Shown: in pieces, positions 37,903-49,214 of the stretch
How the letters are laid out: each line of letters opens with the position of its first letter
Position numbering within the stretch: position 1 is the first letter of the stretch
Source of the DNA: Nemertoderma westbladi
Taxonomy: Eukaryota > Animalia > Xenacoelomorpha
Length of the DNA stretch: 64,000 bases
Direction: 5' to 3'
Assembly: GCA_032718475.1 (NCBI GenBank)
Contig: JAUCBJ010008487.1
Span: 38,661-102,660, forward strand
Translations under genes and position numbers: made by a program
Notes under the pieces: generated by a model
Told to the model about the DNA's origin: nothing
The model's input: the letters and a program-made list of their open reading frames with translations, nothing else
The model's database searches: none

Positions 37903-39408
37903 TAGATTTCAAGTAGATAGAAGATAGAAGGAGCTAGAGCAGTAGACTTCATACTGTGAACTTCTTACTGTAGTAGCCAGTTTAGCAGTCAACCAGTCAG
38001 ATTAGTTGTTCGCGTGCTGCTCGAAGCCCAGACTAGTTAACCAGTCAGCTTAGTTGTTCACATGATGCTCGAAGGCCCAGAATAGATAAAACAACAACAA
38101 TAACGGCTGAGTGAGTTAAACCGATAAGAAATAATTTATTATGAGTCAATGAATTACATTAGTCTTACTCTATTCATGTATTCAATGTTAAAACAGATTT
38201 GAATTTACCGCCAATTCATACAGCATACAATATACAGTTAGCGTTACTTGCAATTTAGCTATAGTATATATTAGTATTAGTATATAGTACTATAGCTATA
38301 GTACTGTAGCTATGTTAAATCATGGAAACCGGGCTTTAGTTGTTGATTTATTAGATTTATTTAAATTACCACCATACCACTACCTGGGTGGTTGGGTGCC
38401 TTCCAGTGCACAATTCCACTGCTTCCAAACCACAGAACCAATACAATACTGGTGGCCTAACGACAGGTAGACAGGCCTATGTTTACAAAGTACTTACGCT
38501 TACACCTAAAATCAAAGCAATTAATTAATATAAATACCAGAAAATGCCAGTTATGGGTCAACCATATATAAAATTATACATAATATTTGCACTTAACAAA
38601 TAATTTTTGGAGTATATGGGACTCTAACATAGATATAGCACCGTTTTTTTACACCACAATATTATAACACTACTGGCTAGGTATTTTCAATGGCAACGGG
38701 CGCCATATCCTAATTAATAAAAAGCGGATAGCTATACAGTTACCGGTAACAAAATAATATTTTATTTGCTGGAATTCGCTTTTCTTTTTTTGGGATTTTT
38801 TTGGGATTTTTTGGGATCCTATTTAAACACTAGAACAAGTTTGACAAACAAGTTCATTTTTACTGTAAAGAAAATAAGTGCCAATGTAATCTGGCATATT
38901 TGCATTAATATTTATATAGGTCTCCTTAAAATACTTACAAATACAGCCTGTTGCAATGAAATTAAAAAAGCGCTTACAGTTGTTAAAATGACTTCCAACA
39001 AATATAATATGTATAATTACGTAAATGGTGGCAAAAAATGTTAATATTTATGTTGTTTGTGATAACTCTTTCCCTTTACAAGCGAAATGATCCCAACAAT
39101 TATTTTGGATTGAAATGATCTAAGAAATTCCGACATTTTTAGCCACTTAAATATATATTTTCAATATAAAATAAAATTATCAGAAAATATGTAAATATTG
39201 ACAAACACATTGCGTTGTTATTTATTATTTATATAGGCTACCCATAGAGATTAGACCGAATCCTCCGTACCAGGCTTCGCTCCTTGTCCATTGTTGCCTT
39301 TGTTCCTCGACACCCTTGCGAACTTCAACAATGATATAATAGGCTTTTTTTATTTGGTCATCAGTAGCATCCACTGTATTTTTGATTTGTCAAACGCTTT
39401 GGTGAACT

Positions 39409-40924
39409 TGTTCCCCCTGAGGTCTTTAAAATACCTGAGTGTTTAAAGCTCATCTATCCCATCATAGTAGACATGTACCGTACAACAAGAGTCCCACAAG
39501 AAATGAAAACAAATAAGTTGGTGCCAGTTCCCAAGAAGGGCAACCTAACACTCTATGGTTCTTTTCGGGGAATCTCATTGATCTCAATTGCTGCAAAGCT
39601 ATACAATAGAATTCTATTAAATCGCATCAGAGATCCCATTGAGAGACTGCTCCGTGGAAATCAGAATGGGTTCCGTAAATTTCGTGGGACCATGGAGCCA
39701 ATTTTGGCACTTAGAAGGATAATTGAAGAGTTATCAAAAAAGAAAGACAGGCATCTGGCTGTTATCTTTGTTGAATTATTCAAGGCCTTTGATTCAGTCT
39801 CTCGCTCACGTATGTTCAGCATACTTTCATTATATGGGATTCCTGATGAAATTATTGCAGCAATCAGATCACTATATGATGGTTCGACAGCATTTGTGTC
39901 TACTGTTGACGGTGACACAGAACCATTTGAAGTGTTATGGGGCGTCCTCCAGGGAGACACACTTGCACCATTCTTGTTCATAATTGTTGTTGACTATGTT
40001 CTACGCATGTCCTTAGATCATCATAATGATGATGGGGTGATGATAACTCCACCTACTGGTTCTAGAAGTCGAGGAAATCCTGCCAAGTACCTAACTGATC
40101 TAGACTTTGCTGATGACTTAGGAGTACTCTCACAATCACTAGAGGGAGCCCAACGGCTCCTCAGCTCATTAGAACATGCTGCTTCTAGTGTTGGTCTTTT
40201 TATTAACTCCAGAAAGACCAAAATTTTGACAGTTAACTTTGAAAGTCCTCAGCAAGTCTCTGATCTGATGAGCATAAGCTCAAAAGATGGTATGCTTGAG
40301 CATGTGGATGACTTCTGTTACCTGGGATCATGGATCCGGAAGTCAGGGGAGGACCTTCCATTACGTAAGGGAAAGGCATGGGCAGCCTTGAATAGGCTTT
40401 CCAGGATTTGGAAGTCCCCGAGAATTAATCAGAAACTTAAGGTCCGATTATTTAGAGCAGCAGTAGTTCCAGTACTCCTCTATGGGAGTCCATGCTGGGC
40501 TCTAACTGCTGAGGACACCAAATCTCTGGATGGCACATTCACAAGAATGCTACGCCGGGTTCATTGTGTCAAGTTCAATGCACACATCTCCAACCAGACA
40601 CTATATAACATTGGAGGTGTCTCATTGGTTCCCCCAAGCTTGACACTAGAAGAAAATCGCCTCCGCTTTGCAGGACATTGCTTTCGCCGTGAGGACCAGC
40701 CAGTGCATAATCTTGTACTTTGGCAGCCTCATGGAGCGAATAAGCATGGTGGACAACCCATGACTTTCTTGAGACGCATCTTAAAGGACACTGGCCTTGA
40801 AGATGCGGATGATCTAGCAAATGTCATGGGTGATAGGAAGTTGTGGCGGTGCAATTTTGTCGACAAGCCGGCACAGCATTCTTAAAAATGCAATGCAGCA
40901 TGCCGATCCTAGTAGTAGTAGTAG
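39409..40924 (+). mobile_element. RTE-type LINE (family A), 5'-truncated
   Basis: TSD TTGGTGAACT at 39399-39408 and 40925-40934; (TAG)5 tail. Confidence 0.95.
39473..40885 (+). CDS. RTE-clade reverse transcriptase (open 470-aa C-terminal part of ORF2)
   Basis: PVPKKGN, FRGISL, QNGFR, KAFDSV, GVLQGDTLAP, FADD, YLGS, RLRFAGH. Confidence 0.9.
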   Translation: MYRTTRVPQEMKTNKLVPVPKKGNLTLYGSFRGISLISIAAKLYNRILLNRIRDPIERLLRGNQNGFRKFRGTMEPILALRRIIEELSKKKDRHLAVIFVELFKAFDSVSRSRMFSILSLYGIPDEIIAAIRSLYDGSTAFVSTVDGDTEPFEVLWGVLQGDTLAPFLFIIVVDYVLRMSLDHHNDDGVMITPPTGSRSRGNPAKYLTDLDFADDLGVLSQSLEGAQRLLSSLEHAASSVGLFINSRKTKILTVNFESPQQVSDLMSISSKDGMLEHVDDFCYLGSWIRKSGEDLPLRKGKAWAALNRLSRIWKSPRINQKLKVRLFRAAVVPVLLYGSPCWALTAEDTKSLDGTFTRMLRRVHCVKFNAHISNQTLYNIGGVSLVPPSLTLEENRLRFAGHCFRREDQPVHNLVLWQPHGANKHGGQPMTFLRRILKDTGLEDADDLANVMGDRKLWRCNFVDKPAQHS

Positions 40925-42531
40925 TTGGTGAACTATAATTGTCAAGTTTGTAAACTTGACAAATCCATCCTTGCCACGAGTACCAATATAATTTATCATA
41001 TTGGCAACCTTGTTCGTCAAAATTCTTGATAAAACGTTGCGCTTGGCAGCCTTATAATCATCCCCACCAGTAAAACCAAGAACATCGACTAACTGTCGTT
41101 TCAATTCATTATCAGTTAGAGATAAATCCAGTGCTTTCAAATCATCAACGGTGTCCAACAGATAAGAGGTATTCCTTCAGGCATATCCGGTTCAGACCTT
41201 CTCACAGCCACACCATCAACACCATTCGAATTGAGTAAGGAAATCTTCCGATCCAACTCAGATACAGCACGGTTTAATATACGAAGATTGCCAAGTATAT
41301 ATACCTGTGGTATTTTGTAATGTTGAGGAAAGGGACAGTATCATTTTCACTTTCATCAGCTGCATTGCGAAATCCAGGGGTTGAAGTTGAGACAGCAGGG
41401 GCATTTGTGACTCTTGATACTATGTTCCCGGGAGAAGTTGACTGAGAGGGTTAACAGATAAGGCTGGGGGAATAATGACCTGAGAGTCCTGATTGGCATT
41501 GACACCATCACTGCCTGCCCCTGCGTCCGCTGGGTCATTTTACGCTGCTTTAACTGCCCGGTATTTGTCTGCGAAACCTCCAACTCAGACTCTGATTCAG
41601 ACAGCCAGTGATTATTTCTTCCTTTTCTTGCGTTTCTTTGGGTTCACTCCTATTCGAATTCGATCACTATCATGTCCATCAGCATATAATTCAGGAGAAT
41701 CGGGACCAGTTCCAATTCCAGATGGTGCTGTAGAATTTATATCTGAAGAAACTGTGCCCTGTTTCACCTTATGTCGCGCATCTTCGTATGTGGTTGCAGT
41801 GGCCAGGAGCCTCGCACGAAACTGTGGCCAACCAGACATAGCTGGTTGGGCCCTTTTTATCACCTCAGCACTATCTACACGAAAAGGAGGCCATTTGCAG
41901 GAATGTTCAGACCATGTTCAGGAACACTGCACACTTTTTGGCTGGAGCTCAGCCAAAATTGTCCACGTATTTACAGCTGCCAGAAAGTGTCCATGCAGCC
42001 ACTATTTGTCCTTCATATGTTGCGATTATATTTCCGGACATAGTTTGGCTGTAACTCTCATGGATACCTTACCTATACTTCGAACATAATGTGACCATTT
42101 TTAATTTTTAATATAAATTATAGTTCTACAGCAAAGCTCTCTAGTGTAGGAGACATACGCTCATCCTGTGCCACGATAATGCCATTAAATAATAAACCTG
42201 ATGCCCTACACAAAAGGTTATCATGAATGTGAGCATGGATTCGCTGAAAAAAGTTTCGTAACGCTCACCATCTTTGCGCTTCATCGCTGAAAGGTTTAGG
42301 AAATTGGAATCAGAACGCTGGAATCCATAATGTAAATGGATCCGCTGCCAAATCCACTGCAAAGATAAACTGTCTTCTTGAAGGGCTGGACGGATAGTAC
42401 TAGGAGCATGCGCTGTGATTAAACCCAGCCTGCGTTCAAGAAGAATAACTTTCATTGCAGCAGTACGACGTGGATTAGCAGCTGCATCGTCATCAGTAAA
42501 CCCGCGGAGCGGATCATCAGTTTGTGGAGTC

Positions 42532-45500
42532 TATAGTCTATCCGTACAGAGGGGAACAGTGATTATGAGAAGTGTAAGAACTGATATAATGGCAGTCACT
42601 CATCAGTATAATGTCAACTAGCTAATACTGTAATGAGGTAGTACTGCAATACTGGTCAGACAGTAAAATAAAGCAACTCAGTGTGCAGTGTAGGTACTGG
42701 TAGAATATACACAACTGTACAGCCCCCAGGCATGGCCTGAGACAGATAAAAAGACCCTTCACCAGGATACATATATAAACATACATATACATCTCCTTTA
42801 CCGCCACCAAATGTAAGGAAGTATGAGTTACATTTATCTAATAACTTGCTGGGTTTATGATTAGTTCAAGTTTTGTTCATAATCAACGAAGCGAGGGGTG
42901 TTCCTTGTTATAGGGCTTAGAGAGTTTTTAATAGTGTTGTATAGTTGTAGAATTTCTTCGCTCCTTCCTGAGGCTTCTGATGTTATTATTCTAAGGTGAC
43001 ATCTATTGCGGTATAATGATTTGGTTTTCGTGGTTGCAACTCGGTAACGTCGATTAGGTAGTACTCTTTCAATAATACCATTAGAATCCCATATTTTTGT
43101 GATTGGTGAATATATGGCTACAATCGAGTGTAAGGGCAGTGGTGTCAAAGATTATGTGCGTCTATCATAATTTGTTTTTTGTTGATTCATCAATTCTTTC
43201 TTCTTGATTGATGCTTTTGTACGCTGTTGGTCAGTGATTGGTGTTAAAGCATTTGGATGAACAGGTAATAAGATTCTGATTGGCCGACCAAACATGAGTG
43301 TAGTTGGAGCAGTCTCAGCCGATATCATTGGTTGTGCTCGTAATGTTAATAATGCTTTGATAAATTCCTCTTTCTCTGTATGGCCGTCAAACTTTTCCAC
43401 TAGATGTTTGAGTCGTTTCACAGCTGATTCAGCGGCACCATTCGATTGCGGGTAATAGGGTGAGCTGGGTATCCAAGTAATTCCCCAAGATCGTGTGAAT
43501 TCTTTCATTTCGAATGATGTAAAGTTAGCTGCTCCATCTGATCTCAATATTATTGGGATGCCGAATTCCGAAAAGTTGTTAGTGCTTAATGCATTCAATA
43601 ATGCCAAATAATCTTTATCCTTTGATAGTCGGTACTGCAATATATTTAAACCATCTGTGGTGATGCGATTTACCTTAGGGTTGTTGTTTGGGTTGTTTTG
43701 TTTTGTCAAAGCACCAATGGCTGCTATTGTGCAACATTGGGAGAAGGTGTTGGCTTCTAGCAAATCATCATCACTTGGTGGGTCTACAGGGGCACGTGAT
43801 AGTGCGTCAGCAATCAAATGGTCCTTGCCGGATATCCATTGAACCTGAAAGGAATAATCAGATAGTTTCTCTCTCCAGTTGAGAAGTCGTGTGTTTTCAA
43901 TATCAGTCAATGATTTCTGAAATATTCCGATGAGGGGCCTGTGGTCCGTTTCTACAATAAAGTTTGGGGCTCCTTTCAGGAAATATTTACAGCGATTTAT
44001 GGACCAAGCTATGGCCAGCATTTCAAGTTCTGTGACTGAATAACGAGTTTCTGCTGTTTGTAAATATCTTGAACCACATTGAAGTAGTGCATAAGATCCA
44101 TTGTCACGTTGTTGTAATAATGCAAACCTTAGACCATTGAGACGGCTGGCATCAGTGACAAGTTTTAAAGGGGCTCCTTGATTGAACATTCCAAGGACAT
44201 GTGTTGACAATAATATATTTTTGATATTGGTGAATGATGTATCATGTTCAGGAAGCCATCGAAATACGTTTTTGGTTGTAAGTAATGGGCGTAATTGTGT
44301 AGTTACAGTTGTAAGACTTGGGGTGAAACCAGCTAATTGGTTCGCAAGTCCTAAAAAGCTGCGAAGTTCGGTGCGGGATGTTGGTGTTGGGAAGTCTTTA
44401 ATTGCCTTTACTTTCTTTGGATCAGCAGAAATATTTCCTTTTGAAATGTGGAAGCCTACATATTATATTGATGTTGCAGCCATTATAGACTTCTTTGGAT
44501 TTATTGTCATTCCGTAAGAAGAACATCTTTCCAGCACTTCACTCACTGTATTAATAAGCTCGGGAATTGTACAAGCCGCTAAACCAATATCATCCATGAC
44601 CTTTGTCAAGTTTTTTATTCCACTCAATGCATGATCAGTTCTATATGCGAATGAGTCACCGCTTGAGGTAAATCCCATTGGAGTTCGTATAAATCGGTAT
44701 TTGCCACGGTGAGTTATAAAAACTGTATACCATGAGCTTTCTTCATCGAGGGGAAGTTGCCAGTAGCCTTTAACAAGGTCGAGCTTGGCGAAATAATTAT
44801 GTTCAGGTTTAAACATTTTGATTGCTCCTTCTGGTGTTGGGATGCCATGTATAGTACGTTTGACTTGGCGGTTTAAACTATTGAGGTCTAGAGTTAGTCT
44901 AATATCTCCATCTGGTTTCCCTGTTATTACTACTGGGTGGCACCAGGCTGTTGGGATATCACCCACTGGGACAATGACTCCCATTTTCTCCATGTAGTCC
45001 AAGATTTTTTCAATTTTAGCACGCCTCTGTATTGGTACATTATGCGCTACAGTGATGGCACTAGGTATGGCATCTTTAATAAGGTGAATTTTCATTGGTT
45101 CTCCGACGGTGTCACCACATAATGGTCGAAGTGAATGTTCGTCTTTAGATACCTCTGCATAGATGTGACGGAGTTCTGAGTCAATAATTTGTATTGCTTC
45201 AGTGTTTGTTAACTTATTAAGTGAAGTTATAAAATTTGTTTTGTCTTTCACAGACCAAATTTGGTCCTGTCCCTCTTTTATTGGCATGGGTTGTGGGTCT
45301 GGCGTTTCAATATTGTTGATTTTGAAATTCTTAACTTCCTGTTGTTTTGTTTTGGGATTTGGTTTTAATTTATAGACTGGGTGCGGAAAGTTACAGTGTA
45401 TAATTTCTAGTTCTTTATAGGTTTCTAATGAGAGGAAGACACCATTGATATGTTTGCACACATAAACTGTTGTGATGGTATTACGCTCATTTACTTCAAT

Positions 45501-47344
45501 TTTAGCATTGAATTTACCCAATTGAACAAGTTCTTGTCCAGCTACATGCAGAAGTTTCAAATTCGAAGGCCGTAGGTGTACATTAGTTCCAAATGTTGAA
45601 AGGAAATCATCCGCACCCATCAGGGTAGCTCCAGCTCCAGTATCAGCAACAGCATTGAATTTAAATTTATTTTCCCCAAAAATTAATGTTGTTATCACTT
45701 TATTTGAAGACTGAACAGTATTTGTCGCTATCATGACTGATATGGTATTTTCATATTCAATATTGGATTCCTGATCCACCATATCATCCATAATTATTCC
45801 ATCCTCTTCATCTTCTTCGTCTTTGACTGCAAATACATTTTTAGTTTTTCTACAATGATTAGAAAAATGACCTTTTCGGTTACAGTTATTGCATGTAATT
45901 CCACGGCCGCGACATTTTTCACTGTTAGTATTATGTCCGTAACGACCACAGTTACTGCATGATTGATTTTTGTGGTCATTGTACTGCGTTCTCGGGGTGT
46001 TTGGGGGTATATGGGATGTAAATTTGGATTGTTTGTATGGGGTTTTCTTTATGGCAGCCATATCTACATATGATGGTTGATTTATAACCGATTTTGCACC
46101 ATTAATATTTGCTTCACGGGTAAATAAAAACTTCCACGCTTCTTCATAATTTGCTGGTTCTCGTTCAAATAGTTTCTCTACAGTTTCTTCATTATTGAGG
46201 CAGCAAACAAGTACAGCGCGCATCAGGATGTCTTCTGTTACATTTCTAACATTGCAAATATCGCCTAGTTCATGTAGTTTTACACGTAGAGATGCCATAT
46301 TCATTCCAGAAGGTTGTTTAAATGTAAGTAATTTTCTCCAGTCAACATATGGGTTTCTCTGACTTTGTAAATAAGTACGAACTGTTGTTATAATTTCATC
46401 TAGGCTCAGATTAGTATCAATATATATTCCAATATTGTGTCTGACGATATCTAGGAATGCTGGGGTACACAGTTCAAACCACATTGCAAGTTGTTGTCTA
46501 TGTGGGAACTCCTCAATCCGTTGTGCATGGGCATAGGTCGCCCAATAGAATTCCCACTTTACGAATGAGGTATAATCAATGTCGCTATCCAACTTGGGGG
46601 GTTTAGTTGGGGTATAACGTGGTAGTGGGTTTTGTTCTGGGTGTCTTGCCATTCCGGCGTTTTGATCTGCCGGTGAATCTGCGGATCTGCACTTAGATAA
46701 AGATTCTAAAGCAAGACCGAACATTTCTTCGACTTGGTCGAAGTCGTAGGCATCGCGGGTGCTGGACTCTGCCGCACTTAAAATTATGTCGTTAATATCG
46801 CATGCTTTCTGTAACGATTTTTCAGCACAATCGAATTGGTATTGAACGTGGACTGGTTCTCCTCGACTAGCAGTGTCGGCAGTGAGAAACTGGTTCGCAA
46901 AATCAATTGCTTTATTCAAGGGTTTCTTGACGTTGAGGATATGGCCATCTCGAGTTTTTGTTAATTGTTTTATATCCATGTTTACCGAATATTCGTAGGA
47001 CCCTAGTACCCGGGTCCTTGGCAACTTGGTGTTATTCACCTGATTAATTAATCGTTTAACAGGTTATTGCCTCGCACTGCGCCATATAGTCTATCCGTAC
47101 AGAGGGGAACAGTGATTACGAGAAGTGTAAGAACTGATATAATGGCAGTCACTCATCAGTATAATGTCAACTAGCTAATACTGTAATGAGGTAGTACTGC
47201 AATACTGGTCAGACAGTAAAATAAAGCAACTCAGTGTGCAGTGTAGGTACCGGTAGAATATACACAACTGTACAGCCCCCAGGCATGGCCTGAGACAGAT
47301 AAAAAGACCCTTCACCAGGATACATATATAAACATACATATACA
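42532..47344 (-). mobile_element. Gypsy (Mag-like) LTR retrotransposon, 4813 bp, recent
   Basis: 260-bp LTRs 42532-42791 and 47085-47344 with 2 differences; TSD GAGTC; PBS TGGCGCAGT (tRNA-Ser-like); PPT GGCGGTAAAGGAGA. Confidence 0.95.
42861..47039 (-). pseudogene. gag-pol polyprotein in one frame, with two TAA stops (44463, 43152) and an in-frame integrase deletion
   Basis: Two CCHC knuckles, ADTGA protease, LDLVKGYWQ and VMDD RT, TDASRLNGL/TDHRPL RNase H, RSDGA...PQSNGAAE integrase lacking HHCC and the first Asp. Confidence 0.9.
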
Positions 47345-48839
47345 GAGTCCATTCATCAGAAGTTGAAATTTGGAGTAATAAGTTCTGTTTCCAATTGTTA
47401 AAAGATGAAATCGATTCTGATTCTGTAAGATTCCATTGTTTTGGAAATTTTAGTGACATTATGTACGGTACCACACTCTACTACATATATCATTGGAAGT
47501 GGATGAGTAAATTAAACGTTTAATCGGATACTGGTACAGTAGGCTGGTAGCCTAGGCAAGGGAGAGAAGCCTATGTGTGTGATATGTGAATTTAGAACAC
47601 TGACTGCAGGACTGACTGTACTCATTGGTAAGTTTGCTTGATTAATAAATTAAACTTCGCTGTTTATTGCCGGATATGTGTGTGCTATGTGAATTCGAAC
47701 GCCAACTGAGGAGAGATTCGTTTTCCTGTGCAGCCACCACACAAGAACTAGGGCACAATCCGGGCATACAGTCCTTTGTTATAAGAAACAAGGAAAGCAA
47801 ATACAGATATAAAACGGTACAGCAGTAGTACAGTAGTAGTGTATATTAGGTTAAATAAAACAGTTACATGATATTGTTACACTCACAGTACACAATAGTA
47901 AAGCAGTACTGGTCTATGGTAATCGAATCCAAGTCGGCCTAAAGTACCACCATCACCAAAGTCAAAAGCCACCAGGCAAATATACAGTATATCACCAGAG
48001 TATATTAGAACTACAGTATGGCGGTGGGACGATATGTACAAGAAATGGTTTACAAAAGAAAAAGAAATGAAGAAAAAATGATAAAAAAGGTAATGAATGA
48101 CTTCCACAGTCCAGCAGTCAGACAGTAGGTTAGGCCTTGATACGCACCCGACCGGTACCGGTATAAAAAAAGAAATTAAAGTAAAAATTATAAAAAAGGT
48201 AATGAAACTATGAAACTGATAAAAAAGGTAATGAAGAATGGTACAAAAGGTATTGGCCGATTCTCACCATCGTATATTTCACTAATTTATTGAAACAAAT
48301 CTCATCGTTTAGTATTTTATATCCTTCATCTGAATTCGCATCGCCAGAAGTGGAGCAATAGCCTAAGGTACAATGTGGTGAGTGAAGCGGGTTGACTATA
48401 TTGACCAATTACACGAATTAGTATAGGGATATATATATTGCAATAACAGTACGCAGATGTAACAACAACAGATCAGTAATCAGTACGCAACACGCTGTGC
48501 TGTACCGGTACTACACAGACGGACCTATACTTCTATCTTGTAGTTGGCAGTGCCGTCAGTACCAGGGAAGGCAGATAGACGGGCAGGGCCTGAACCGGCT
48601 GGCGCAATTTCTTTCGTCTTTTTACCTCTGGGTATTTCCCCTGTTCGGTACACAACACAAAATATCGGTTCGTAAAGAATATTACGTAATTAGGAAAGGA
48701 CTCGTACTTAACAAATGAAAACAAACTCAAAAATACGAACGAAACAATTAAACTAGCGTAAATAATATGTAAGCGCACAACTAAGATAGATAGGGTGTTA
48801 TGAGATTGCTAACAAAAACTTTAGTACAAAGATAACAGT

Positions 48840-48912
48840 TGGCATTCCTAAGGATCGAACTCGAGACCGACAGGTTGCGGTTCGGGCGCTCTGCCAACTG
48901 AGCTACAGGGGT
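48840..48912 (-). ncRNA. tRNA-derived Pol III module in the Gypsy 3' UTR
   Basis: 73 nt; A box TAGCTCAGTTGG (48894-48905), B box GAGTTCGATCC (48852-48862); acceptor stem unpaired; similar to 2550-2636. Confidence 0.7.
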
Positions 48913-49214
48913 TATTAAGGTCAACTGAATCAGTAGTACATTTTACACGGTAAAAGAATCACTCAAAAATGATTGCGCTGACAATATAAATTTGAATTTA
49001 TGATAACACCTAAAGCATGACCAAAACTATGGTGGGGTACAACGAAAAAACCTAATGGTAGGGCGAAAGCTAGTTTAGAATTGGGAGTCCATCATAAGTC
49101 GGGTAGGACGTATGTAAGTAGAACGAATTCAGACCTGTGAATGGAACTGGAGACAGGCTGCATTGGGGCGAGTCATGTGACAAGGTGCAACTATCCGGGA
49201 ACGTGGGAGGAGCG

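Larger units (their letters stand above)
39255..41960 (-). pseudogene. DUF4806-like accessory protein of an EnSpm-type transposon, split by the RTE insertion
   Basis: WPQFRARLLATATTYEDARHK; LVDVLGFTGG...ILTNKVANMINYIGTRGKDGF; reads TIIVHQ-SV*QIKN in frame across the RTE TSD. Confidence 0.6.
42141..47474 (-). pseudogene. Gypsy gag N-terminus (homologue of 53.4-54.1 kb), split by the Mag-type element
   Basis: PKQWNLTESESISSFNNWKQNL (47350-47460) joins in frame to PQTDDPLRGFTDD...IWQRIHLHYGFQ (42250-42531). Confidence 0.8.

Noticed and set aside
44463-44465. Programmed readthrough or frameshift in gag-pol
   Set aside because: The stop lies inside the RT domain and a second one lies in the integrase tail; both are best read as nonsense mutations.
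48840-48912. Functional tRNA gene with encoded CCA
   Set aside because: Acceptor and anticodon stems do not pair, and the final A is position 73 rather than an added CCA. The same stem failure applies to 2550-2636.
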